Positions 8,360 to 16,703 of a stretch of DNA of 20,000 nt are shown here, piece after piece. Numbering within the stretch: position 1 is the first letter of the stretch; each line of letters begins with the position of its first letter. Position numbers and translations under genes: made by a program. Source of the DNA: an uncultured virus (IMG/VR IMGVR_UViG_3300013102_000031) (lineage: Duplodnaviria; Heunggongvirae; Uroviricota; Caudoviricetes); IMG/VR virus record IMGVR_UViG_3300013102_000031; one strand, 5' to 3'. The notes below the pieces were generated by a model, which was not told the origin of the DNA, did not search any database, and saw nothing but the letters and a program-made list of their open reading frames with translations.

Positions 8360-8410
8360 AGAACCTCCTAAATAAAATGACTTAAATCATATCACCTAAA
8401 AGGTTCCATG
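8357..8410 (-). promoter_or_regulatory. RNA hairpin sequestering SD and start codon of the GIY-YIG gene
   Basis: CATGGAACCTTTTAGGTGATATGAT-TTAA-GTCATTTTATTTAGGAGGTTCTATG folds into 24 bp (7 G-U) with one U-U mismatch. Confidence 0.85.
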
Positions 8411-8418
8411 TAAAGGAC

Positions 8419-9699
8419 TCAGACTGAAAGGAACCCATTAATTTGCACACGTCTGATACTTCCCGCAAGACGAGCGCGGAATACAAAGACACCGGCAGTA
8501 CGTTGAGCGCGGAGTGTTGGGCTGATGGTACTTACATCTGGGGTACTCACGCTCCAACCACGATCAATCAGGCCATTTGCTTCTGCTTGAGAAAGTACAG
8601 AACGAATTTCATTTTCGATAATAGCAAGACCCGGATTTGTCATCGGAACTTTCAAACTATTAATCAAACGGAAATACACGCCTTCCTGAAGTCGGGCATA
8701 AAGCCAGTCGATCCCTACAATTTCGTCAATAGGCGAACCACCAAAAGTATCACCATCTTGGAAGATGTTAACACCGGCAACAGTGGTGTACATGTTGCAG
8801 TTTTTATTACGAAGATTTACACGTTGAGTGTCAGTAAGATTACTTACGGTTACACCAACAGCACGTTTGAAGTCCCAGTCATTCGAACCCGGAGTGTAGG
8901 GGAGTTGAGCACCCATCCAAGCAGCTTCTGGAAATTCAGTGTCAGCAGTTGGCAGATAGATACCATAAGTGCGATCAGCAGTCTTATCACTCAACTTCTT
9001 AGCGATGTCTGTAATACCAGTAGTTGGAGTTACAGTATCAGCAGTGGAAGTACCATACAACTTACGACGTGCATTAATCGCATCACTCAGAGCTTCTACG
9101 TCAGCAGAAACATGAGTCTCGGAAACAATACCGTACCAAACATTGTTTTCTTGTTCTACAGCTTCAAGAGCTTCAACCCAATCTTCAGTTACAGTGTTAA
9201 CGCCAACAAGATTAGCCGAAGCTGTAACACTCCAAGGAGTACCAAGTACAGTGGTGGTCAGAACTAGCGTGGTAGTACCGGATACTGTAATACCTGTAGG
9301 AGTACCAATAGCGGCTTTCAGACCAGTAACGATAGTGGTAGCAGTCGCGCCAACACCCGAAGTGAAGGTGTATGGAGCACCATTCAAGGTAACACTATAC
9401 AGGGTATTGTCTGCTACAGTTGGGGTATAGGTTACAGCATCAACTTGACGACGACCTACAACAATCGAAGGAGGTACAGCACCAACAGAAGATTGACCAA
9501 ACAACTTAGTTGCAATCTTAGATACGTTACTGGTAGATTCGAAATCATCGCCTACAGCAGTGATATCAGTGTAAGTACGGGTGCGTTCGGAGAAATTTGT
9601 AAAGGTTGCAAGAACCAACGGAATCTGGAAGCTTGCGGTGGCTACGGCTGTAGACTCACGGGTGATCGTGATAGAAACGATCTGGTCCAATTCACTCAT
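8419..9699 (-). CDS. Tail sheath protein (DUF3383-like)
   Basis: 426 aa; PGSNDWDFK, IDEIVGIDWL, KVPMTNPG, ARLAGSIRRVQING motifs; GAGGTG SD. Confidence 0.9.
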   Translation of the reverse strand: MSELDQIVSITITRESTAVATASFQIPLVLATFTNFSERTRTYTDITAVGDDFESTSNVSKIATKLFGQSSVGAVPPSIVVGRRQVDAVTYTPTVADNTLYSVTLNGAPYTFTSGVGATATTIVTGLKAAIGTPTGITVSGTTTLVLTTTVLGTPWSVTASANLVGVNTVTEDWVEALEAVEQENNVWYGIVSETHVSADVEALSDAINARRKLYGTSTADTVTPTTGITDIAKKLSDKTADRTYGIYLPTADTEFPEAAWMGAQLPYTPGSNDWDFKRAVGVTVSNLTDTQRVNLRNKNCNMYTTVAGVNIFQDGDTFGGSPIDEIVGIDWLYARLQEGVYFRLINSLKVPMTNPGLAIIENEIRSVLSQAEANGLIDRGWSVSTPDVSTISPTLRAQRTAGVFVFRARLAGSIRRVQINGFLSV

Positions 9700-9740
9700 T
9701 GGTTCACCTCTGTGTAATTAAAAGACATTCGTTAATCCTT

Positions 9741-9755
9741 ATTTTATTGTTAAAC
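9741..9755 (-). promoter_or_regulatory. Candidate late promoter motif GTTTAaCAATAAAAT upstream of sheath
   Basis: 14/15 identical to 13531..13545; both copies intergenic and in the same orientation. Confidence 0.45.
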
Positions 9756-9775
9756 TGCGGCATACGAATGCCTTC

Positions 9776-10306
9776 TTACGGAATTATGATACCTTCGGGA
9801 ACTGTAAAAACTCCCGTTTGTTCGGAGTCCACAATAATAGATTCGACCCAATCGCTAATCTCTGAAGTATTCACGATGTAGTTAAAGGTTACGTCTAAGT
9901 TGTGATATTCCACCCACTTGGTATCTCTTTTCTGTGGGGCTCTGCGTATTTGACTCTTACGCATAAATGCTAAATTATTCTTTGTTAAAGCTTCTCTTGA
10001 CACAGGGACATTGTTAATTCTCTGAGTAAAGCTTTGAGACATGTCACCAGACAAGCTACCGACAAAGCTAAATTGAACCATCACTTCGTACACAACCCTA
10101 ACATCTAACTTATAATCGGTACGTGTTTGAGCTGAAGTACTATGATGACCCTGTTGTTCAATATTAAGAATATTAATTACAACATAACTCTCAGCAGGTT
10201 CTGTACCATTATTGTGACTGAAGATTACCGGAGTAGTTGGATATTCTGATAATGCTGCAAGAGCCCCAAGTCTGATTGCTTTTCGGACATCTGTGTAAAT
10301 TGGCAT
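9776..10306 (-). CDS. Neck / tail terminator protein
   Basis: 176 aa directly upstream of sheath; PVIFSHNNGTEPAESYVVINI pattern; AAGGA SD. Confidence 0.7.
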   Translation of the reverse strand: MPIYTDVRKAIRLGALAALSEYPTTPVIFSHNNGTEPAESYVVINILNIEQQGHHSTSAQTRTDYKLDVRVVYEVMVQFSFVGSLSGDMSQSFTQRINNVPVSREALTKNNLAFMRKSQIRRAPQKRDTKWVEYHNLDVTFNYIVNTSEISDWVESIIVDSEQTGVFTVPEGIIIP

Positions 10307-10315
10307 ATGATGTCC

Positions 10316-10684
10316 TTAGTTTGGGGTTAGTTCTATTCTTGCGGCTTTACCCTCAAAATGATCACGAGGCCCCATCTGGTATTGCTGGACCTTCATCATT
10401 TCGTAAAGTTCACCATTCCATGTGAATCGATCCCCACCATATCCGGCAGTACCTTCCTTCTTGTGTCGAATAGGGTCAGCCGTGAAGAACCACAACCAAG
10501 CTTTTGTTCTATCAGACTCAGGAAGAAGCATTACTTGATAATCAGTAAAAGGATGGACGTTAGCTTGTACAGTAACGGTTGAGTCAGCACCTTCAATCCA
10601 TTCACCATCAACATACGAACCTGCTGCTTGTCGAGTAATAACGACAGGAGTTTTTCTAACTAAAGTAAATTCTGCAACTGACAT
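10316..10684 (-). CDS. Head closure / head-tail joining protein
   Basis: 122 aa; GSYVDGEWIEG, ANVHP, LPE, DRFTWNGELYE motifs typical of head-closure proteins; synteny. Confidence 0.7.
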   Translation of the reverse strand: MSVAEFTLVRKTPVVITRQAAGSYVDGEWIEGADSTVTVQANVHPFTDYQVMLLPESDRTKAWLWFFTADPIRHKKEGTAGYGGDRFTWNGELYEMMKVQQYQMGPRDHFEGKAARIELTPN

Positions 10685-10687
10685 TAG

Positions 10688-11161
10688 TCATCTCCCCCGT
10701 TTAGCTACTTCGAAGTCTGTTGTTTCATACATGGTCCCACTATCAATCAGAGGATTATTAAATCCTTTATTCTCGATTGTTTTAGGGCTGTTTGGTGGTG
10801 TGTCCCATTTAGCAATAACATCTTTCATGTCTGTTACAAATACCGGACCAAGCTTTGTGTACTCTTGTTTGAAAGAACTCTTACCTTCAGCAATCCTTTG
10901 CATACTTTCTACAAAGAGCTTATCGTAGACTCCCTTCTTAACTGGTCCCATAAAACCTACTCGTATGAAAGGTCTTGTTGGGTTAGTTGTTGAACCTTCT
11001 TCGTTCCACTGTGCTACTTGAGCAACAGGTAGGTTATCATTCTCAGGTCCGTAGTTTGATCCTTCAAACCAACCAATACGAAGTTCTTCTTGAGAACCTT
11101 TAAGAAGTTCTTTCTTTAATTTATTCCAACCAGACTTATCTACTTTTAGTTTGAAACTCAT
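10688..11161 (-). CDS. Neck / virion morphogenesis protein (HK97 gp10 / Mu gpG-like), 157 aa
   Basis: Likely start ATG at 11161 (ATGA overlap with upstream stop); VAQWNEEG..NPTRPF and PPNSPKTIENKGFNNPLIDSG motifs. Confidence 0.75.
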   Translation of the reverse strand: MSFKLKVDKSGWNKLKKELLKGSQEELRIGWFEGSNYGPENDNLPVAQVAQWNEEGSTTNPTRPFIRVGFMGPVKKGVYDKLFVESMQRIAEGKSSFKQEYTKLGPVFVTDMKDVIAKWDTPPNSPKTIENKGFNNPLIDSGTMYETTDFEVAKRGR

Positions 11162-11652
11162 TCGAAAGCATCCAACTCCCAACCAACGAATTGGATGGCA
11201 GAATCGATACCAAAGAAAGTAGAAGCATCTCTTGTAGAGTTACCATGATTATAAGGCTTCTCACCCTTATCAAATCCTTGATAAATAGGTTGAATGTTGT
11301 TATCTTGGTTGCTATCGTTGTTGAACATATCAACCTTACTCACACCACCAGCATAAGGGATAATCCTTGTAGACAATAGTGAGGCAGGGGTTTTAATAAC
11401 GTTCTGAAGTGCAGCGAGATAAGATGTGGAATAAGTGTTCCAGACCTCATACGATCCAGCTCTTTCACGAGTAGGATAACTAGCAATTCGTAATGAAATG
11501 ATGATTGCAGCTTTAATAGCAGCTTGCCAAACATCACCATTAGTTGTTTCTAAAAGATATTCATAGGTTTCGTCATCTAGGATTGGATAGAGAGGGTTTC
11601 CCTCTACATCACCTACAATGATTTTAACCTTGTCTGTATCCGTGAGCGCCAT
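11158..11652 (-). CDS. Head-tail adaptor / connector protein
   Basis: 164 aa; VKIIVGD..ILDDETYEYLL and PYAGGVSK motifs; AAGGAGG SD; synteny after capsid. Confidence 0.72.
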   Translation of the reverse strand: MALTDTDKVKIIVGDVEGNPLYPILDDETYEYLLETTNGDVWQAAIKAAIIISLRIASYPTRERAGSYEVWNTYSTSYLAALQNVIKTPASLLSTRIIPYAGGVSKVDMFNNDSNQDNNIQPIYQGFDKGEKPYNHGNSTRDASTFFGIDSAIQFVGWELDAFE

Positions 11653-11665
11653 GTAGCCTCCTTAT

Positions 11666-11695
11666 AAAGTAAAGGAGGGCAGACAAGCTGCCCCA
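11666..11695 (-). terminator. Intrinsic terminator after capsid/head-fibre genes
   Basis: Minus strand GGGGCAG-CTTGT-CTGCCCT followed by CCTTTACTTT; 21-nt core identical to 6990..7010. Confidence 0.7.
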
Positions 11696-11698
11696 CAA

Positions 11699-11959
11699 TC
11701 AACTGGCAGGCATAATCCCGGCAGTAATAAGTTTTGTCAGCAAAGCATTATATGCCGTGGTGACAGCAGTCAGGTCAGCGAAGGCTGGAGACTGTTGAGC
11801 AGTGAAAGTAATTTGCTTTACTTTACCAGCTACAGAAGTGGTTGCAGCGGGGGTAGTTGCGGCAGTATCACCAGCATTAGCCTCTGTAACAACACGATCA
11901 ATTACAGTGAAGACATCGCCCCAAGAACGCTCTTGGATAGTTGTTTTTACAATAGCCAT
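11699..11959 (-). CDS. Small head-fibre-like capsid accessory protein
   Basis: 86 aa; PAATTSVAGKVKQ...YNALLTKLITAGIM resembles the phage head fibre family motif; AGGAG SD. Confidence 0.65.
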   Translation of the reverse strand: MAIVKTTIQERSWGDVFTVIDRVVTEANAGDTAATTPAATTSVAGKVKQITFTAQQSPAFADLTAVTTAYNALLTKLITAGIMPAS

Positions 11960-11986
11960 TTCAAACTCCTAATCTATTTAAACTGT

Positions 11987-12008
11987 AAGGGCACCAAACG
12001 ATGCCCTT
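11987..12008 (-). promoter_or_regulatory. Stem-loop downstream of major capsid gene (weak terminator or mRNA stabiliser)
   Basis: AAGGGCATC-GTTT-GGTGCCCTT, 9-bp stem with one G-U; no strong U tract follows. Confidence 0.5.
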
Positions 12009-12021
12009 TATTCCAAGACTA

Positions 12022-13065
12022 TTAAGTCGAAGAAATCAGCTTAACGAGTACTTGAGGCTGAGTAACGAAGTACAGAGGAGAAGTCTCAACTTGCATCTCG
12101 TGGAACTCATCTTTAGGGTCAGTGAACTCGTATGCGAACATCTCAACACCAACACCGTTAGCACCGCCCAACTTGTTGCTTGGGCCATAGTAACCACGGA
12201 ACAGATCATTCACAACAGGCAGAACGTGACCAGTGTCGGTAGCAACGGCTACTTCGGTGGTATCGTTAGGCAGTTTGAAGATATGATCGTAGGTGATGAA
12301 AGTTACACCTTTGTAGGTGAACTGATCTACCGAACCCCAAGCCATGAACTGGTTGGTGCTGTTACGGTTAATCTCAACTTGCGAAGCGTAGTACAGATAA
12401 GCTTGGCGAATCATCGGGTGACTAACCAGTTTATCGAAGAACGAACCATCAACAACAACACGAATACCACCACCAATGGTGGAACCAGTTTTCAGGTTGG
12501 TTTGCAGGTAGCGCTTCAGTTGCGAGATTTTAGCGTTAACGTCGGTGGACGCATCACCAAGATCGAAGTCAATCACTTGTTGGGTGATACCAAACTGGGT
12601 GAACATGTCAGCAATAACAGCGCCGTCAGGGGTCTTCATGATACCCTTAGCTGCTTGCAGTTTCATGTACTCAAGCGATTGCTCAACTTGCGCACGCATG
12701 TCAGTCAGTTTCTGTACACGAACACGGGCCAGTTGCTCAGGAGAGTCTGGGGTGCCTGGCATACGCCAGCCTTGAATATCTTCAGGAGTGATATAATCAC
12801 TATGCTTGAAGTAAGCCAAAGGTAGGGAGAAGGTTTCAACTTTACGGTCGTTACCTTTGGTGGTGTCACGGGAACGACGGCTTACTTGTGGAAGCAAGGT
12901 GGTGTCGTTCATGCTCTTGTCAAAGACAATAGCGGTTTGGGAAGTGCCTTGGGTGCGGAACAGATCCATGCCGCCAATCAGGCCAGCTTGGTTATCAAGG
13001 TTATTAATTTCGGATGTCCAATCTACAAGTTGGAACCCATTGCCAAAACTGCGGGTAGTAGCCAT
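12022..13065 (-). CDS. Major capsid protein (lambda gpE-like family)
   Basis: 347 aa; ITPEDIQGWR, EYMKLQAAKG, FFDKLVSHP, ETSPL motifs; strong codon bias; follows decoration gene. Confidence 0.93.
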   Translation of the reverse strand: MATTRSFGNGFQLVDWTSEINNLDNQAGLIGGMDLFRTQGTSQTAIVFDKSMNDTTLLPQVSRRSRDTTKGNDRKVETFSLPLAYFKHSDYITPEDIQGWRMPGTPDSPEQLARVRVQKLTDMRAQVEQSLEYMKLQAAKGIMKTPDGAVIADMFTQFGITQQVIDFDLGDASTDVNAKISQLKRYLQTNLKTGSTIGGGIRVVVDGSFFDKLVSHPMIRQAYLYYASQVEINRNSTNQFMAWGSVDQFTYKGVTFITYDHIFKLPNDTTEVAVATDTGHVLPVVNDLFRGYYGPSNKLGGANGVGVEMFAYEFTDPKDEFHEMQVETSPLYFVTQPQVLVKLISST

Positions 13066-13078
13066 TATTTATTATTCC

Positions 13079-13507
13079 TTAAACAAATTGGTTCGGTTGA
13101 TCGAGTACTTGAATCCCTACAGCTTCCATCTGTGCGTACACAGCAGCAAGCTCAGGAGCAGTATCAACAGATGCACCAAAAACCAAGTAAGACTTACCAA
13201 CGCCAGCAGGACCACGGAACAATACAGTTACCGAGGTATCAGTGGTGGCAGCGATGGATTGCTTGTTGTCACCATCAGGCTTGCCGATATAGATACCAGC
13301 GAAGTTCTGGCTACCATCTACGGCAGTAGCTTCCAGAATCTTGTATTTACCAGTGGCAGTAACCAAACCAAGAACAGTACCAATCACGTAGGATTTGATA
13401 GCAGCTTCGTTAGCGGTTACAACTTTACGGCAGTGGCCGTATTCAGGATGATCTTCATATTGCAGTACAGCGCCAAGGCGAGTAGAGCGAGTGTCAATTG
13501 CAGCCAT
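13079..13507 (-). CDS. Head decoration protein (lambda gpD-like)
   Basis: 142 aa; GTVLGLVTATGKY...DGSQNFAGI...VLFRGP; directly upstream of capsid gene; AGGAG SD. Confidence 0.82.
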   Translation of the reverse strand: MAAIDTRSTRLGAVLQYEDHPEYGHCRKVVTANEAAIKSYVIGTVLGLVTATGKYKILEATAVDGSQNFAGIYIGKPDGDNKQSIAATTDTSVTVLFRGPAGVGKSYLVFGASVDTAPELAAVYAQMEAVGIQVLDQPNQFV

Positions 13508-13530
13508 ATTATTTGAAACTCCTAGCTAGG

Positions 13531-13545
13531 ATTTTATTGATAAAC
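13531..13545 (-). promoter_or_regulatory. Candidate late promoter motif GTTTAtCAATAAAAT upstream of decoration/capsid genes
   Basis: 14/15 identical to 9741..9755. Confidence 0.45.
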
Positions 13546-13549
13546 AATA

Positions 13550-14494
13550 TTATTGTTTTTTACTTTTGTTAATAAGTTCACCAACAAGATTCAGACCAGC
13601 TTCTTCTTGTTTCTTCGGTTCACCTTCACCGCTAACACCTTTCTCTTTGAAAAGGTCAGAGTTTTGTTCGTCTTTGGCTTTACCACCAAGCGACTTCAGA
13701 ACTGCTTCAAATGCTTCATCAGCCAGAGCTTCAGTTGCTTTGAACAGACCTTCTGCTTCTTCTTTGCTAACTACAGCTTCAAGCTTTTCTTTACGAGCTT
13801 TAGCTACAACTTCCAGTTTCTCGGCCTTGAACACTTCCAAGTCAGCGAGTGCTTTGGTCAGGGCAGATTCTTTTTCTACGAGTTGTGCTTTAAGAATTGC
13901 TTCAGCAGCATCAACTGCTTTCTTGATTTCTTGTTCCAAAATTTCTACCTCAGATTTTTTAAGTTCTTGCGCTTTATGCATCAACAACAGATGCTCTTGC
14001 GTATCTTTGTTTTGAAGGGCTTTAGTTACAAGGCTATAGATTCCTTCTTCTAGTTTATCTTCCGCGTCTTCAGACAGAAGCATTTCCCCAGACTCAGGTA
14101 CATATGAAATAACACGAGTCATGGGTTTGGCCAAATCACCAAGGGTGACTTTTCCATCTACAAGAGTGTAATCTACCGAAAATAGACCACCCTCACTACA
14201 GAAGAGAACAATGGAATCATTATAATCTTCTACATACAGCCAATACTTATCATCTTTATCCCCAAAGGCTTCACGAACTGCACTAGAAAGTGCCTCGCTA
14301 ATCTTAGAAGCAAACATTGATTTAGTAATACCAAGAGCTACAAGAGCCTTTTCAACATCTTCTGTGATAGTTGCATCGGACTTCATAAGAAGGGATACAT
14401 TACGCCCATTAGCACTACCCTGTTGGAGTTCCATATGAGTAAGTGCTAGGTGAGGACGTTTACTATCATCTTTTGTTTTAATAATCAAAGGCAT
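13550..14494 (-). CDS. Capsid scaffolding protein
   Basis: 314 aa; Glu/Lys/Ala-rich coiled-coil C-terminal half; position between protease and decoration genes; TAATG coupling. Confidence 0.78.
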   Translation of the reverse strand: MPLIIKTKDDSKRPHLALTHMELQQGSANGRNVSLLMKSDATITEDVEKALVALGITKSMFASKISEALSSAVREAFGDKDDKYWLYVEDYNDSIVLFCSEGGLFSVDYTLVDGKVTLGDLAKPMTRVISYVPESGEMLLSEDAEDKLEEGIYSLVTKALQNKDTQEHLLLMHKAQELKKSEVEILEQEIKKAVDAAEAILKAQLVEKESALTKALADLEVFKAEKLEVVAKARKEKLEAVVSKEEAEGLFKATEALADEAFEAVLKSLGGKAKDEQNSDLFKEKGVSGEGEPKKQEEAGLNLVGELINKSKKQ

Positions 14495-15198
14495 TATTCA
14501 CCACCATCGAATGTGACATTGGTGATTTCACCAGTCTTTTGGTTAATCTTTCCTTTACCGCCAATACTTACACCACCAATAACACCAGACTTCTTGAGGT
14601 TCCAAAGATCCTCACTGTGGTATTTAATCTTGGCAACCCAAGTACCAGCTTTAATAACTTCGTCAGTTTGAACAACCTTTACATCCAATTCCTTTTGAAC
14701 CCATGTAGATTCAATGGTGAACGCATCAGTAGATTCAAGATGAAAGAGGTTAGAATTAACCACCCCTTTCTCAAGGTTCTGGTTGAAGTTCTCACAAGCC
14801 TTTTCAATGGTAGACTCAGACATCCATTCCCCATGAGCATCCTTCACTAGAGGCTCATAGACAACTTCGTAAGACACCATCTCTTCATTGATTTCTTCAA
14901 CTACTGGAGCTTCGTCAGAAGCAGCCCCGAAGAACTTTTCAATGAAGCTAGAGAACATGTCAATCATTTCAGAAGCTTTGAGGATGTCAGGTAGTTCATT
15001 ATCTGGATAGAATTTCTTGTAAGCAGCACGAACTTTCTTCTTTACTGCTGGAAGATCAGCTTCCGGGATATCTACTTTGTTACCTCTGAAACCTTTACCA
15101 AGAGCTGCAACCGCGTCTGCTGTATGTCGGGCATCAGAGATATTAAGCTTTGCTTTAGACTCATCTTCTGGGTCTGGATTATATGCGTATGTTGTCAT
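14494..15198 (-). CDS. Prohead (XkdF-like serine) protease with extra N-terminal domain
   Basis: VVYEPLVKDAHGEWMS, NLFH (His), IESTW, GTWV, GGVSIGG (Ser); directly after portal. Confidence 0.82.
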   Translation of the reverse strand: MTTYAYNPDPEDESKAKLNISDARHTADAVAALGKGFRGNKVDIPEADLPAVKKKVRAAYKKFYPDNELPDILKASEMIDMFSSFIEKFFGAASDEAPVVEEINEEMVSYEVVYEPLVKDAHGEWMSESTIEKACENFNQNLEKGVVNSNLFHLESTDAFTIESTWVQKELDVKVVQTDEVIKAGTWVAKIKYHSEDLWNLKKSGVIGGVSIGGKGKINQKTGEITNVTFDGGE

Positions 15199-16677
15199 CT
15201 ATGTATTCTCCGAATTAGAAGATGAGCTGTCACCTGAACTACCATCAGCTTTACCTGTCCCAGATGGGAGCCCAGAAGTCATACCTTCACCGGCATTGGA
15301 GCTGAATGCTGTCATAGTGCTTTCATAAGCCGAAAGTTCTTCTTCAGAATCAATACGGTCAGGAAGTCCAATCCAATCAGCAATTTGATTAATGTTACCC
15401 GGAGTTTTCTGGATAAGACCTTGACTACCAGCACGTTGGAGATATTTAGATAGAACATCCAAGTCTTCTTCTTTGATCTGCTGATATTCAAACTTAGGTA
15501 GACGATCCAATTCCCATCCATTCAGCGCGAATAGTTGTGGTATCAAATCCGTGTTCAATGGGTCTTGAATCTCTTTCAGATAGCATTCCACGGCCATGTG
15601 GACAATAGACGACTTACTGTCTGCTAAGTTAAAACTACCACCTTTTGAGTTACCCATTTGAAGGATATCTGCAAACAGTGCCTGTAGGATTTTATTATCC
15701 CAGCGGGTGATGGCTTTATCTGTGTCATACTGCGAGGCGTTCGGAGGGCCAACCAACTCAAAATCAAATAAGCTGTTGTTTTGATCGTCATAGAACTTAG
15801 GCATAATGATGCAAGCTTGTTCGTTGCTTTGCAAATTACGACCGATGTTCTTAAATGCCTCTACTGTATCTTTCTGGTCTTGTGTAGCATCAGACTTCAG
15901 ATAATCGGCGGGGATATCAAAGCGAGGAATACCGCCAAGACCACGAGTAATACCTACGGACTCAGCTTCTTCGATTTGCTTCCGATAGCGCCAGCTTTTA
16001 TATACTTTGGAAAGGGGTGACGTACCAGTCGGATTGTCACGGCTTACATCTGTACGAAAGAGAAGAAACTTCTTACGCTCAATATCAATCTGTCCGCCAT
16101 ACTGAGAGCTATTAGCTAGACGATAACCATCTACAAGGAACGATGTATCTTGCACAACACCAGTAAGTTCACGTCCAGTATCGTCAAACAACCAACGGTA
16201 AATGGTAGTCTGAGAACGTACAGGGAGCTTGCGAATACCTACAAGACCATCATCAAACTTAGAGCCTGCTGCCTTACGCCGGCGACGGAAGACCTTTTCA
16301 TTTACACAGTATCCATATGTAAACATGCTGGTTACTTCTTTAATAAAAGAAAACCAACTGTGCTCCATGTCGTCCATGCATTGCTGAAGGAATTGAACTT
16401 TCTTAAGGTCATCTTCAGTAGGATCTACAGGTGGAACTACTTTCCAATTAACTCTGCTGATCATCATTGAGAACAAAGAGAGAGCAGAAGCGATTGTAGA
16501 ATCTTCAGCCATCTCTTGATAGGTTCTATTGGCTCTAGGCCAAGTGAGATCCTTTCTCATTTGTTCAAGAATAATACCATCGAACTCGCGGAGTCCAATC
16601 CATCCAGTTTCACCCATCTTAATTCTTAAGGCTGGATTATCACCGGCAGAGAGGTCTAGATTGTCATTTTCTGCCAT
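15199..16677 (-). CDS. Portal protein (Mu gp29/DUF935-like)
   Basis: 492 aa after terL; YGYCVNEKV, NPTGTSPL, EAESVGITRGLGGIP, GGSFNLADSK, LIPQLFALNGW motifs. Confidence 0.9.
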   Translation of the reverse strand: MAENDNLDLSAGDNPALRIKMGETGWIGLREFDGIILEQMRKDLTWPRANRTYQEMAEDSTIASALSLFSMMISRVNWKVVPPVDPTEDDLKKVQFLQQCMDDMEHSWFSFIKEVTSMFTYGYCVNEKVFRRRRKAAGSKFDDGLVGIRKLPVRSQTTIYRWLFDDTGRELTGVVQDTSFLVDGYRLANSSQYGGQIDIERKKFLLFRTDVSRDNPTGTSPLSKVYKSWRYRKQIEEAESVGITRGLGGIPRFDIPADYLKSDATQDQKDTVEAFKNIGRNLQSNEQACIIMPKFYDDQNNSLFDFELVGPPNASQYDTDKAITRWDNKILQALFADILQMGNSKGGSFNLADSKSSIVHMAVECYLKEIQDPLNTDLIPQLFALNGWELDRLPKFEYQQIKEEDLDVLSKYLQRAGSQGLIQKTPGNINQIADWIGLPDRIDSEEELSAYESTMTAFSSNAGEGMTSGLPSGTGKADGSSGDSSSSNSENT

Positions 16678-16703
16678 GTTATTCCTTTGTAAAGATAGGC
16701 TAA

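Noticed and set aside
7547..8418. GIY-YIG gene as intron-encoded
   Set aside because: Sheath and tube ORFs look complete on either side, and the spacers (59 and 9 nt) are too short for a ribozyme.
8443..9267. 274-aa plus-strand ORF antisense to the sheath
   Set aside because: Shadow ORF expected from codon bias of a highly expressed gene; no recognisable motifs.
11162..11182. ORF-track start MGVGCFR of the neck gene
   Set aside because: ATG at 11161 gives the usual ATGA coupling and is the more plausible start.
12001..12825. 274-aa plus-strand ORF antisense to the major capsid gene (and the other plus-strand ORFs in the track)
   Set aside because: They overlap well-supported minus-strand genes almost entirely and have non-protein-like composition.
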